A DNA stretch of 55,915 nucleotides, taken from the NCBI GenBank assembly GCA_046484625.1, contig JAWOIO010000043.1:1-55915 (forward strand). The letters run 5' to 3'. Origin of the DNA: Acidimicrobiia bacterium. GTDB taxonomy: Bacteria > Actinomycetota > Acidimicrobiia > IMCC26256 > PALSA-555. Shown one piece after another: positions 31,145-40,831 of this stretch. The notes beneath the pieces were generated by a model. That model saw only the letters and a program-made list of their open reading frames with translations. It was not told the DNA's origin and ran no database searches. A program made the translations under genes and the position numbers. Within the stretch, counting starts at the first letter, position 1; each line of letters starts with the position of its first letter.

Positions 31145-32725
31145 TCAGCCGCCGATGCGGGCGCGGGCCACCTCGCGGAGGCGGCGGTAGTCGGCCTTGC
31201 CGGCCGCCGATCGATCGAGGGTGTCGAGCAGGACGACGTGGCGGGGTCGCTTGTAGCCGGAGAGCCGACCGCGACACCACTCCACGATGTCGGCCGACAG
31301 CTCCTCGGCGTCGAGACCCGGCGTCGCGACCACGAGCGCGACGACCTGCTCGCCGAACCGCTCGTCGGGCACACCGACCACGAGGCAGTCGACGATCTCG
31401 TCGTGCTCCCGGAGCAGGAGCTCCACCTCCTCGGGGTACACCTTCTCGCCACCGGTGTTGATGCACGCCGAGCCGCGGCCGAGGAGCCGGATCGCACCGT
31501 CGGCGTCGACCGTCGCGTAGTCGCCGGGGATCGAGTACCGGACACCGTCGACGACGCGAAACGTCGCTGCGGTCTTCTCCTCATCCCCGTGGTATCCGAG
31601 TGGGATCGGCCCGGTCACCGCGACGAGCCCCACCTCGTCACTCCCGGGAGTCACCGGGGCGTTGGTCTCCTCGGACAGCACCGTGACGCGGTCGTCCACC
31701 GAGAAGCGCGCCGGCCGGATCTCGGTACCGGAACGGATGGCGGTGCGCGACATCAGACCCTCCGAGGCGCCGAGGGAGTCGATGAGGGTCAGGTCCGGCG
31801 CGTGGGCGAGGAGGCCGGCCTTCACATCGGGGCTCCACGTGACGCCCGACGACGTGATCGCACGGAGCGCACCGAGGTCCCATCGGTCGGGATGCTCGTC
31901 GAGCTCATCGAGGAGCGGGCGGGCGAAGACGTCACCGACGATCGTGAGCACCGCGACTTCGTGCGCGACCACCTGGTCCCAGAGCAACGTCGCGTCGAGT
32001 CCGACGCGGTCGACGAGTACGACCGTGCCGCCGCCGGAGAGCGTGGACAAGGCGATGAACAGCCCGGTCCCGTGCATCAGCGGACACGCGGGCAGGCACG
32101 TGCCCGTTCGCTTGCCGGCTCGGGCGGCGGCGATCGGGTCGGGCGGCTCGCTGGCGGGCCGTCCCATCTGCCAGAGCGCGCGGTAGAGGTCGTCGTTGCG
32201 CCACATCACGCCCTTGGGCATGCCGGTCGTGCCGCCGGTGTAGAGCAGCATCAGGTCGTCGCCGTCGGGCGACCGGTCCTGCCACGGCCCGGACGGGTTG
32301 GCGGCCGCGAGCGCGGCTTCGTAGTCGGCGCCCGTCTGGAGCACGGCCACCTCGCTACCGATCCGGGCCACGGCGTCACGGACCGCGGGCGCGAACTCGG
32401 GATCGTGGACGATCGCCCGGGCTCCGCTGTTCTCGAGCACGTACCGGACCTCGTCGGCGACGTACCGGTAGTTCACGTTGACGGGTGCGGCGCCGATGCG
32501 CAGCGCCGCGAAGAACGTCTCGAGGTACTCGGGGCGGTTGGTGGCGTCGATCGCGACCTTGTCGCCCGGTCGAACCCCGAGGTCCCACAGGTGGCTCGCG
32601 AGGCGGCCCGAGCGGTCCGAGAACGCGCCCCACGTGATGCGCCGGTCCCCGCAGATCAGCGCGTCGCGATCAGGCACGACCTCGGCGATGCCCGTCCAGG
32701 TGGCGGCGAAGCTCCAGCCCGGCAT
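31145..32725 (-). CDS. acyl-CoA synthetase / AMP-dependent ligase
   Basis: 526 aa with the AMP-binding motif LLYTGGTTGMPKGV and a later GEKVYPEEVE. Confidence 0.9.
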   Translation of the reverse strand: MPGWSFAATWTGIAEVVPDRDALICGDRRITWGAFSDRSGRLASHLWDLGVRPGDKVAIDATNRPEYLETFFAALRIGAAPVNVNYRYVADEVRYVLENSGARAIVHDPEFAPAVRDAVARIGSEVAVLQTGADYEAALAAANPSGPWQDRSPDGDDLMLLYTGGTTGMPKGVMWRNDDLYRALWQMGRPASEPPDPIAAARAGKRTGTCLPACPLMHGTGLFIALSTLSGGGTVVLVDRVGLDATLLWDQVVAHEVAVLTIVGDVFARPLLDELDEHPDRWDLGALRAITSSGVTWSPDVKAGLLAHAPDLTLIDSLGASEGLMSRTAIRSGTEIRPARFSVDDRVTVLSEETNAPVTPGSDEVGLVAVTGPIPLGYHGDEEKTAATFRVVDGVRYSIPGDYATVDADGAIRLLGRGSACINTGGEKVYPEEVELLLREHDEIVDCLVVGVPDERFGEQVVALVVATPGLDAEELSADIVEWCRGRLSGYKRPRHVVLLDTLDRSAAGKADYRRLREVARARIGG

Positions 32726-32732
32726 GGGGAGC

Positions 32733-32738
32733 AGGGTA
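32733..32738 (-). promoter_or_regulatory. -10-like box (TACCCT) for leaderless acyl-CoA synthetase gene
   Basis: TANNNT ends 7 nt before ATG 32725. Confidence 0.4.
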
Positions 32739-32781
32739 GGCGCGGTGCCAACCGCAGCGTCCCGGCCCGCGATGATGGTGC

Positions 32782-33714
32782 ATGGCCATCGCCAAGATCC
32801 CGCGAGCCTTCGCCGAGGCCCTCGCCGGCACCGTCACGGGGGTCGTCACCGACACGACCAGGGCGGTGCGCGACGGGGTCGCGCGGTCTGTCCGCCTGCG
32901 ACTGGTCGAGGACCCGGCCGGGCCCATGGTCGAGACGCACGGCGACGTCGGGTGGTTCGGCCCCGACTCGGTCGCCTGGCGAGTGCATGCCGACCTCTCG
33001 ACGGTCACGGGTGGCCTGCGGGCGCTCTTCTATCAGACGCTCCATCCACTGGCGATGGCGGGGATCGCCGATCACTCCGACTACCGCCGCGATCCTTGGG
33101 GTCGCCTGCGCCGCACTGCGCAGTTCGTGGCGGCGACCACCTACGGCACCAGCGAGGAGGCCGAGGCCGCGGTTGCCCGCGTGCAGCGCGTCCACGAGCA
33201 CGTGCGCGGTACCTCGGCAGACGGGCGCGCGTACTCGGCCGACCGCCCGGATCTGCTCGCATGGGTGCACGCCACGGAGGTCGACAGCTTCCTCGCGGCC
33301 TACCGCCGGTACGGCCCCGGGCTCGACGACTCCGATGCCGACCGCTACGTCGACGAGATGGCCGTGGTCGCGCGCGCCTTCGGCGCCGACCCGGTGCCCA
33401 CCACGGCGGCTGAGCTACGCGCCGTACTCGAGTCCTACGACCTCCACGCGACGCGACAGACCCGGGAGACCGTGCGCTTCCTGCTGACCCCGCCGCTCCC
33501 GCTCGCCGCCCGTCCCACCTACGGACTCATCGCGACCGCGGCCGTCGAGCTGCTGCCGTGGTCGGCGCAGCGGGAGCTGCGCCTCGTCGTACCCCCGGTC
33601 GCCGGACCGTTGGGCGTGCGCCCCGCGACCCGGGCGCTGCTCGGGACGTTGCGCTGGGCGCTCGGAACGTCTCCGGCGCTCGCAGCCGCGCACGCGCGGG
33701 CGGCGAGCCACTGA
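32782..33714 (+). CDS. MpaB/DUF2236-family oxygenase-like protein
   Basis: 310 aa. FGPDSVAWRVHADLSTVTGGLRALFYQTLHPLAMAG resembles the DUF2236 core. Confidence 0.75.
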   Translation: MAIAKIPRAFAEALAGTVTGVVTDTTRAVRDGVARSVRLRLVEDPAGPMVETHGDVGWFGPDSVAWRVHADLSTVTGGLRALFYQTLHPLAMAGIADHSDYRRDPWGRLRRTAQFVAATTYGTSEEAEAAVARVQRVHEHVRGTSADGRAYSADRPDLLAWVHATEVDSFLAAYRRYGPGLDDSDADRYVDEMAVVARAFGADPVPTTAAELRAVLESYDLHATRQTRETVRFLLTPPLPLAARPTYGLIATAAVELLPWSAQRELRLVVPPVAGPLGVRPATRALLGTLRWALGTSPALAAAHARAASH

Positions 33715-33761
33715 CCGGTCGGTCGACGCGCGCCCGCGGGGCGCCGTCCCGGTGCCGGCGG

Positions 33762-34625
33762 TCAGCTCGGAAGGGCGTAGCGGACAGGGACCAGCTCGAC
33801 CGGTGTCGGCTTGCGGCCCGCGGCGTCCACGCCGCTGGGGAGCGGGAGTGCTCGCACGGCCGCAACTGTCCGCTGGGCGTCCCAGCCCGAGTACGCGACG
33901 CCCGCCACGGGCACGAAGCCGGCGCCCCAGCGGGCGAGGAGCCGGGCCGTGACCATCTTGACCATGCCGCGGGTGGCGTGGCGGGTGACGTGACCTGACG
34001 CCGCGGTCGATCCCGTCATGGCCGCGATGACGTCGCTTGCCACCTGTTGGGGATCGGGCTCGAGTCCGGCCGCCTCGAGGTCGTGGACGCGCAGCGACGC
34101 GGCGACGTAGATCTCGACCGACAGTGCGACCAGGTTCGCGCCGATCGCCAGTGGCAGGGTTGCGGGAACGGTCGTCCCGGCCGACACCAGTGCGACGAGC
34201 GCTTGGGCCTCTTCGCCGGCCGCCGCCAGCCCACCGGCCGCGGCGAGGATCCCTCGCGCGCTCGCATCGCGCTGCACCGGGAGGGGGTTCGCGACGAAGA
34301 TCGGGGTCACGATCGTGAGCAGACGCTCGGCCTCGGTCTCCACGACCGCGTTCGCTCGCGCCGGGTTGCGGATCGTGCGCAGCGCGTACAGCGACTTGCC
34401 GATCTCGGGGAGGGCTTCGCGCGGCAACGACCGCAGCATCGTCGTCGTGCCGTCGCGCAGCCGGGCGGCGGCGACCGCGCCGGAGTCACCCGCCACACGG
34501 GCCTTGTCGGTGAGGGAGCGCAGTGGTCGAGCGAGGTCGCGCGCGACGAGCCGCGTCGCGCTTGCGACATCGCGCGCCGCATCAGTGGCCTTGGTCGTCG
34601 GAATCTGCACGTGATTCCCCCTCAC
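33762..34625 (-). CDS. hypothetical protein
   Basis: 287-aa ORF with high GC3. An alternative start at GTG 34610 has AGGGGG upstream. Confidence 0.6.
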   Translation of the reverse strand: MRGNHVQIPTTKATDAARDVASATRLVARDLARPLRSLTDKARVAGDSGAVAAARLRDGTTTMLRSLPREALPEIGKSLYALRTIRNPARANAVVETEAERLLTIVTPIFVANPLPVQRDASARGILAAAGGLAAAGEEAQALVALVSAGTTVPATLPLAIGANLVALSVEIYVAASLRVHDLEAAGLEPDPQQVASDVIAAMTGSTAASGHVTRHATRGMVKMVTARLLARWGAGFVPVAGVAYSGWDAQRTVAAVRALPLPSGVDAAGRKPTPVELVPVRYALPS

Positions 34626-34683
34626 GTCGTGTGGATTCTTCGTGCTCAGGGGTACAACACCGCGGAACCGGAATGAGTTCCCG

Positions 34684-35469
34684 TCACGTTCGCTTCGGTG
34701 GCCGCGGCACGAACGGGCTCGTCCGCGCGACGTACTCGTCGTACCCCGGACGCCGTTTCACCAAGGACTTCTCGAGCAGCGTGACGCCCGAGACTCGCCG
34801 GAGCAGGACGGTCATCACGACCGCGCCGACGATCCCGATCGCGCCGAGCCCGCTCTCCGCAGCGACGATGGCGATGCCCCACCACACGCACGCGTCCCCG
34901 AAGTAGTTCGGGTGACGCGTGTAGCGCCACAGTCCCCGGTCCATGACCCTGCCGGCGTTGGCGACGTCAGCCTTGAAGCGCGCGAGCTGGAGGTCGCCGA
35001 CCGACTCGAACGCGAGCCCGATGGCCCAGAGCACGATGCCGACGATCCCGATCACACCCAGCCCCGGGTCCTCGGGCACCTGGCCCAGCTGCACGGGCAG
35101 GGACACGGTCCACATCAGCAGGCCCTGGAGCCCGAACACCGTGAAGAGGCTCACCCACCAGAAGCGTGCGCCCCAGTGACGGCGCATCGCCTGGTACCGG
35201 AAGTCCTCGCCGCTCCCGAGGTTGCGCCACGCGAGGTACCCGGAGAGCCGAAGCCCCCACGCCGAGACGAGCGCGACGAGGACCCACTGTCGGGTGCTGT
35301 TCCCGTCGACCGCGAGCCGGACCCCCCACGCCACGAGCACGAAGCCGAAGCCCCAGATCGGGTCGACGATCGACGCGTCCCGCAGCGCGACGCTCGCGAT
35401 CCACGCGACCGCCATCAGCACCGCGACGACGGCGGCGGCGACGACGAGCGCGGTGACTGCGTCGCTCAT
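34684..35469 (-). CDS. DUF1295 / steroid-reductase-like membrane protein
   Basis: 261 aa and polytopic, with WRYTRHPNYFGDACVWWG. It is the tail of track ORF 34684..36243. An ATGA overlap links it to the upstream gene. Confidence 0.85.
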   Translation of the reverse strand: MSDAVTALVVAAAVVAVLMAVAWIASVALRDASIVDPIWGFGFVLVAWGVRLAVDGNSTRQWVLVALVSAWGLRLSGYLAWRNLGSGEDFRYQAMRRHWGARFWWVSLFTVFGLQGLLMWTVSLPVQLGQVPEDPGLGVIGIVGIVLWAIGLAFESVGDLQLARFKADVANAGRVMDRGLWRYTRHPNYFGDACVWWGIAIVAAESGLGAIGIVGAVVMTVLLRRVSGVTLLEKSLVKRRPGYDEYVARTSPFVPRPPKRT

Positions 35470-36482
35470 GCGCGCGCTTCGGCGAGCGCGGCGCCCACCT
35501 CGGCGTCCAGCTCCAGCCACCGCTGGTCGAGCCACTCGGTGAACGCTTCCCCCGAGGGGACCTCGGACCGGGGAACCCGGCGGGCCGCGAACCGGATCGT
35601 CCTGCCGACGAAGAGTGGGGGGACGCCGGCGAGGATCCCCGGGAACGTGTCCATCCCGTCGAAGCCGATGTGCCACGCGAGGACCACGTCGGCGTCCGGT
35701 GCGCCCTCCAACATCGCCAGCGCCCCCGCCGGACGCGGCGGGATGAGGTGGCGGAGTCCCGCCAGCCGCTGTGCGCGGGCCGGGTCCCGCTCGCCGATCT
35801 TCTCGAGCGCGCGGGCGCGCTTCTTCGGGTTCGCGCGGGTCCCCTCGGGATAGATCGCGCCGCACTCGTCGGGGCCGAGCCCCACGGTGAGCGCACGCAG
35901 TGCGTCGAGCTCGGGGCCCGAGTCGGTGGCGTGCCGGTCGAGGAAGTGGTTCTGGAGTCGGTTGCCCGCGATGTCGAGGCAGGGATCCGAGAGCAGCTCG
36001 CGCTTGAGCACGAACCGGACGCGCTTGCCTGCCGCGCCCACGATGGAGAAGGCCGTCACGAGCGAGTCGGCGAGGCAGGCATGCCGGGCCATCACGATCG
36101 CCCGGCCCGGCGTGATCGCCTCGAGGCCCTCGATCTCGACGCGCATCCCCGCGGTGAGCCGCAGGGCGCGCAGGAGGTTCGTGGCCCACCACCGCTGGGC
36201 ACCCGTCATGCGCTCGAAGTCGTCGGCACCACCCGTGACCCACACGAAGAAGATGCGGAGGAGGGCACCGGTCTCGAGCCAGAACCAGCAGAGACCGAAG
36301 AACAACAAGCGTGTCCGTGGGAGTCGCTTCGGTGCCGTGACGAGATCCACGACGAGCATGATCGGGACCCAGATCGGGAGCAGCACGAGCAGGAGGACCC
36401 CGCCGAGCGGGATCATCGGGACGGACACGATCCGGCGACGGAACGTCGCCGCCCGTGGGGTCGTCGTGCGGTGACCGGCCAT
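35466..36482 (-). CDS. lysophospholipid (1-acyl-glycerol-3-phosphate-type) acyltransferase
   Basis: HxxxxD motif (ARHACLADS) and YPEGTR, with an N-terminal TM segment. The start at ATG 36482 lies 2 nt after the upstream stop. Confidence 0.85.
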   Translation of the reverse strand: MAGHRTTTPRAATFRRRIVSVPMIPLGGVLLLVLLPIWVPIMLVVDLVTAPKRLPRTRLLFFGLCWFWLETGALLRIFFVWVTGGADDFERMTGAQRWWATNLLRALRLTAGMRVEIEGLEAITPGRAIVMARHACLADSLVTAFSIVGAAGKRVRFVLKRELLSDPCLDIAGNRLQNHFLDRHATDSGPELDALRALTVGLGPDECGAIYPEGTRANPKKRARALEKIGERDPARAQRLAGLRHLIPPRPAGALAMLEGAPDADVVLAWHIGFDGMDTFPGILAGVPPLFVGRTIRFAARRVPRSEVPSGEAFTEWLDQRWLELDAEVGAALAEARA

Positions 36483-36484
36483 GG

Positions 36485-37675
36485 TCAGACCGGATGGCGT
36501 TCGTTGAGCGCGCGGGCGTTGTCCCGCAGCACGAGGAGGCGGTCGCCGTCGCTGAGCTCCTTGACCTCGTTCACGTAGTCGAGTGGTTGGGGCATGCCCT
36601 CGATGTGCGGCCAGTCGGACCCGAAGATCACCCGGTCGGGGCCCATGAGGTCGACGATCTCGTAGACGTCGTCCTCCCAGAACGGGTTGATCCACACGTG
36701 GCGTCGGAAGGTCTCGGCGGGATCCTCGGAGAAGTACCCCATGAGCTTGTTCGCCGTGGAACCGAGCTTGCGGAAGAGGTCGGGGAGGAACCCGGAACCG
36801 TTCTCGACCGAGGCGATGCGCAGGTTGGGGAACCGGTCGAAGAGCTTGTCGAAGACGAGCGACAGCAAGAAGTCGTACGCGGCGCGCTCGATCGCGAACA
36901 TGCGGATCGATGGGCGCCCGGCACCCGAGCCGAACGCGGCGCTGAAGGTGTCGTCGGCGTATCCCTGGCTGGAGTACCCGCTGTCGCCGGCATGGACGAC
37001 CACGGTGATCCCCGCCTCGTTCACGCGGGCCCAGAACCCGTCGAACATCGGATCACCCGGGCTGCGCTGGCCCACGCTCGTCGTCGGCGCCGCGGGACGC
37101 ATCACGATGGTCCGGGCATCGTGATCGAGCGCCCACTCGAGCTCGCGGACAGCCCACTCGGGGTCGCACAGCGAGATCGAAGGCGCGCCGAAGATCCGGT
37201 CCTGGTGGTTGCAGCCCCAGTCGTCCTGGAGCCAGCGGTTGAAGGCGCTGAACATGAGGGTCACGCCCTCGACGTCGTGCTTGAGCAGCTCCTCGTAGAG
37301 GATGCCCAGGGTGGGGAAGAGCCAGACCGCCTCGATGCCCTGGCGGTCCATCACGGCGAGGCGCGCGTCACGATCCCGGTACTCGGGGCGGATCGGCTCG
37401 CGGTCGCGGAGGAATTCCATCGGGCGCTTCCCGCCGGGGTTCCCGCGGAAGTAGTCGTGCATCGCCCCGGCCTTGGCGACCGGGTCGAACGTCGGGTTCA
37501 CGACCGCCCGGCTGACCTTGCCGCCGACGACGTGGTAGCGGCGCCCGTCGATCTCGCACCACTGGACGATGCGGGGGCCCAGTGCGGGATCCAAGTGGCG
37601 GGTGAAGGCGTCGAGCGCCTCGTAGTAGTGGTTGTCGGCGTCGAACGGCCGAAATCCGAGGTCGTCGGCGTTCAC
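36485..37675 (-). CDS. amidohydrolase-2 family metal-dependent hydrolase
   Basis: 396 aa with FDADNHYYE and FGSDWPH. GGGAG lies upstream of GTG 37675. Confidence 0.9.
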   Translation of the reverse strand: MNADDLGFRPFDADNHYYEALDAFTRHLDPALGPRIVQWCEIDGRRYHVVGGKVSRAVVNPTFDPVAKAGAMHDYFRGNPGGKRPMEFLRDREPIRPEYRDRDARLAVMDRQGIEAVWLFPTLGILYEELLKHDVEGVTLMFSAFNRWLQDDWGCNHQDRIFGAPSISLCDPEWAVRELEWALDHDARTIVMRPAAPTTSVGQRSPGDPMFDGFWARVNEAGITVVVHAGDSGYSSQGYADDTFSAAFGSGAGRPSIRMFAIERAAYDFLLSLVFDKLFDRFPNLRIASVENGSGFLPDLFRKLGSTANKLMGYFSEDPAETFRRHVWINPFWEDDVYEIVDLMGPDRVIFGSDWPHIEGMPQPLDYVNEVKELSDGDRLLVLRDNARALNERHPV

Positions 37676-37779
37676 GGGCGTGCTCCCTCTCGAGCGGGGT
37701 GGAACCGGGGCGGCCGCAGCCGGCCAGGACCCGCGGGACGATCGTAGGGGTCCGGCGGTAGCCTGCGCCCCCTCTGCTC

Positions 37780-38478
37780 ATGCGTCCTGCTCGTTCCCCG
37801 ATGCTCGCGGCCCTCGTGGTCGGTGGTGGCCTCCTCCTCGCCGGATGCCTGCCCGCGGGTCAGCCCCCACCGCCGCCACCGCCGGTCGTCCCCGCCACCC
37901 CCGCCTGCAACCCGTGGCGGGGGTATGTCGTGGCGGCCGACCACAACTACGCGGGCATCGGGGCCTACAACGGCAGCACCCGGTTCATGTGCAAGGACAC
38001 GCCGACCCAGGGCGTGCGGGCGCAGATCCAGCACCTCCGGAACTACGCCGACGGCACCTCCACGCCGTCAACGCTCGGCAACCCGTTCGAGCCGCGGCTC
38101 TTCTACGACGAAGCGGCCTTCCTCTCGTTCGTGTACCGCGGCGCGGCGCCGACCTGGCGCGAGCTGGGAGGGAAGTGGGCACCGAGCGCGACCTACGGCA
38201 CGGCGGGAAGCGCCGTCGGACGCTGCACGGGTTGGCGACCGGAGATCACCCCGGTGCAGATGGCCCAGCTGTTCCTCGACGAAGGTGCGGCCGCCAGGGT
38301 CCGCGGCGACGTTGCGTTTGCCCAGTCGATCCTCGAGACCGGCTGGTTCAACTGGCCGAGCTCCCCCGCGACGGCCGCGGCGACCCTCGAGGGAACCGAG
38401 GGCGCGCCGGATCCGGCCGCCGGCGATCCGGTGCTGGACTGGTACTTCGAGCTGCGGGCCGCGGCGTCGAGGGAGTGA
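37780..38478 (+). CDS. lipoprotein with glucosaminidase-like (GH73-type) domain
   Basis: Lipobox LLLAGC, a Pro-rich linker, and an [12 protein letters not shown] motif. Confidence 0.75.
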   Translation: MRPARSPMLAALVVGGGLLLAGCLPAGQPPPPPPPVVPATPACNPWRGYVVAADHNYAGIGAYNGSTRFMCKDTPTQGVRAQIQHLRNYADGTSTPSTLGNPFEPRLFYDEAAFLSFVYRGAAPTWRELGGKWAPSATYGTAGSAVGRCTGWRPEITPVQMAQLFLDEGAAARVRGDVAFAQSILETGWFNWPSSPATAAATLEGTEGAPDPAAGDPVLDWYFELRAAASRE

Positions 38479-38887
38479 GCACCACACTCGGGTGTGGTAC
38501 CCGGGTGTGGCGTCGGCCCCACACGCTGGTACGCTGGGGAGGTCACGACAGCAACGGGCACCACGGTTCTCTTCGCACGTCTCCCGAAACCGCGACATCC
38601 AGTCGCAGCCGAAGGGTCAGCGCCACGAGGCTCGTCCCACCCCGTGTCCCCACCCTCGCCGGAGCGAGCTCACGACCCGTGTCACCCAGTACCCCCCCAC
38701 CTTCCTGCGGCTCGAAGCCCCTCGCGCACCCGTCGGCTCATGCCGATCGCTGCCGGGGCTCGCTGCACCCGACCGCGGCACGACCACGTCAGTGGACCGT
38801 GCCGGGGAGCAACACCTCCCGCAACCCTGCACGATGCGACCGCGGGAGCCGTCTCAGCAACAAGACAAGTACCAGAGGAGCAACACA

Positions 38888-39088
38888 ATGACGCAAGGCA
38901 CTGTCAAGTGGTTCAACGCCGAGAAGGGATTCGGCTTCATCTCCCGCGAGGGTGGTGACGACGTGTTCGTGCACTTCTCGGCGATCGAGGGCACGGGATA
39001 CAAGTCCCTCGAAGAGGGCCAGCGCGTCGAGTTCGAGGTCGGCCCCGGTCGCAAGGGCGACGAAGCCCGCAACGTCAGGGTCATCTGA
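38888..39088 (+). CDS. cspA: cold-shock protein (CspA family)
   Basis: [18 protein letters not shown] (RNP1) and VFVHF (RNP2). GAGGAG lies upstream. It is the tail of track ORF 37823..39088. Confidence 0.97.
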   Translation: MTQGTVKWFNAEKGFGFISREGGDDVFVHFSAIEGTGYKSLEEGQRVEFEVGPGRKGDEARNVRVI

Positions 39089-39104
39089 GCGAGTCCGTCG
39101 TGTG

Positions 39105-39130
39105 AGCGGCCGGGCTCCGGCCCGGCCGCT
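39105..39130. terminator. bidirectional hairpin terminator candidate
   Basis: AGCGGCCGGGC-TCCG-GCCCGGCCGCT (11-bp stem) between the convergent cspA and 39129..39731 genes. It overlaps the latter's stop codon. Confidence 0.55.
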
Positions 39131-39731
39131 ACGCGGCGTCGGTGTGTGCGACCTGCCACGCCGCCGTCGCGGCATCGAGCTCCGAGATCCGTCGGAGCTC
39201 GCCCAGGGTGTGGCGCACCGCTTCGGTGAGCGTTCCCCGAGGGTCGTGCCGCGTGAACACCTGCACCATCGCCTGGTAGCGCTCCAGCTGCTCGTCGGGA
39301 GGCACCGCGAAGCGGGCGAACGCCACGCTGCCGGTGCGCCGCACATCGGCCACGAGCGCCCGCAGCTCCCGCACCGTGTCGGACGCGAGCACCCGCCGCA
39401 CCGACTCGTCGTCCTCCTGCTCGAGTCGCTCGTGCCGCGTCGGCGCACCTGCGTCGCGGTCGTCGCGGCACCGTTCGACGAGGCGCGCCACCTTCTTGCC
39501 GAACCGGTCGCGCAGCTCGTCGAGGGCCATGTCATCGTCGCCGAGCGCGTCGAGCACCATCGCGGCGATCGCCTCGCGTTCGGTGCCACCGTCCTCGAGC
39601 ACGAGCGACGCGATCCCCAGAACCTGTCCGAGTGAGGGACGCCCACCGCGCCGGTCGTCCTCGTGGCGTGACGCGGCCCATTCGGTCGCCCGGAAGAACC
39701 GCTTCGAGAGCTGCACCTCGTGTGCCGTCAT
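39129..39731 (-). CDS. HD-domain-like protein with degenerate metal-binding residues
   Basis: 200 aa whose layout resembles SpoT/RelA-type HD hydrolase paralogues (...ATEWAASRH...[17 protein letters not shown]...[12 protein letters not shown]...[12 protein letters not shown]). A TAGATT box lies 9 nt upstream of the ATG. Confidence 0.7.
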   Translation of the reverse strand: MTAHEVQLSKRFFRATEWAASRHEDDRRGGRPSLGQVLGIASLVLEDGGTEREAIAAMVLDALGDDDMALDELRDRFGKKVARLVERCRDDRDAGAPTRHERLEQEDDESVRRVLASDTVRELRALVADVRRTGSVAFARFAVPPDEQLERYQAMVQVFTRHDPRGTLTEAVRHTLGELRRISELDAATAAWQVAHTDAA

Positions 39732-39757
39732 CGCGACCTGAATCTACCGAGGCCGGG

Positions 39758-39817
39758 GCGCCACCCGGAGCATTCCCGCGCCACCCGGAGCATCCCCTCG
39801 TCGCCGAAGCATCCTGG
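39758..39817. repeat. 20-bp direct repeats (2 good + 1 degenerate) in divergent promoter region
   Basis: GCGCCACCCGGAGCATTCCC (39758-39777), GCGCCACCCGGAGCATCCCC (39778-39797), then a degenerate TCGTCGCCGAAGCATCCTGG. Confidence 0.75.
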
Positions 39818-39830
39818 GCGCCGGCCCACC

Positions 39831-39836
39831 TACGCT
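39831..39836 (+). promoter_or_regulatory. -10-like box (TACGCT) upstream of LLM oxidoreductase gene
   Basis: TANNNT lies 27 nt before GTG 39864. GAAGGAG (Shine-Dalgarno) sits in between. Confidence 0.3.
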
Positions 39837-39863
39837 CGCACCGACGACGACGAAGGAGACATC

Positions 39864-40763
39864 GTGCGGATCGGGATCTTCGGGGGAGTGGCCGGCAACG
39901 GGTCGATCGACGAGATCCTCGAGGCCGCACGGGACGCGGCCGATGGGGGCTTCGCCTCGTACTGGCTGCCGCAGATCTTCGGTCCCGACGCGCTCACCGC
40001 GCTCGCCGTGGTGGGCCGCGAGGTGCCGGGGATCGAGCTGGGGACCGCGGTCATCCCGACGTACCCCCGGCACCCGGCGATGCTCGCGGCACAGGCCCTC
40101 ACGACCCAGGCCATCAGCGGTGGTCGTCTGGTGCTCGGCATCGGCCTCTCGCACCAGGTCGTGATCGAGGGGATGTTCGGCTACTCCTACGACAAGCCCC
40201 TGCGGCACATGCGCGAGTACCTCGAGGTGCTCCTGCCGATCCTGCACACCGGTGCGGCGTCGTTCACCGGCGAGACCCTGTCCGGGAACGTCGGCGTCGA
40301 CGTCCCGGGCTCGTCGCCGTGTCCGGTCCTCGTCGCGGCGCTCGGCCCGAAGATGCTCGATCTCGCGGGCCGCGTCGCCGACGGCACGATCACCTGGATG
40401 ACCGGGCCGGCCACGCTCGAGTCGCACGTCGTCCCCTCGATCACCGCGGCGGCCGAAGCCGCGGGCCGGCCCGCTCCCCGGGTGGTCTGTGGCCTGCCGA
40501 TCTGCGTGACCGACGACGTCGCGGCGGCTCGGGAGCGAGCCGCAAGGAACTTCTCGGTCTACGGGACCCTCCCGTCGTACCGGGCGATGCTCGACCGCGA
40601 AGGTGTCGACGGGCCGGCCGACGTGGTGATCGTCGGCTCCGAGGACGACGTGCGGGCCCAGGTGGCCCATCTCGCCGAGGTCGGCACGACCGACTTCATG
40701 GCCAACGAGTTCGGCTCGTCCGACGACCGTGCCCGTACCCGGGAGCTGCTCCGCAGCCTCTGA
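39864..40763 (+). CDS. luciferase-like (LLM class) F420-dependent oxidoreductase
   Basis: VRIGIFGG...SYWLPQIFG...[12 protein letters not shown]... is typical of the LLM fold. GTG 39864 has GAAGGAG upstream. It is the tail of track ORF 39720..40763. Confidence 0.85.
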   Translation: MRIGIFGGVAGNGSIDEILEAARDAADGGFASYWLPQIFGPDALTALAVVGREVPGIELGTAVIPTYPRHPAMLAAQALTTQAISGGRLVLGIGLSHQVVIEGMFGYSYDKPLRHMREYLEVLLPILHTGAASFTGETLSGNVGVDVPGSSPCPVLVAALGPKMLDLAGRVADGTITWMTGPATLESHVVPSITAAAEAAGRPAPRVVCGLPICVTDDVAAARERAARNFSVYGTLPSYRAMLDREGVDGPADVVIVGSEDDVRAQVAHLAEVGTTDFMANEFGSSDDRARTRELLRSL

Positions 40764-40825
40764 TCGGGCGACGGGCGCGTCGAGACGGGGCGTTTCCCCG
40801 TTCGGAAGGGCCCGGTTCCGGGCGG

Positions 40826-40831
40826 TACAAT
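40826..40831 (+). promoter_or_regulatory. -10 box TACAAT upstream of typA
   Basis: A near-consensus hexamer 33 nt before GTG 40865. A small hairpin (ACGGGG..CCCCGT) lies just upstream. Confidence 0.35.
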
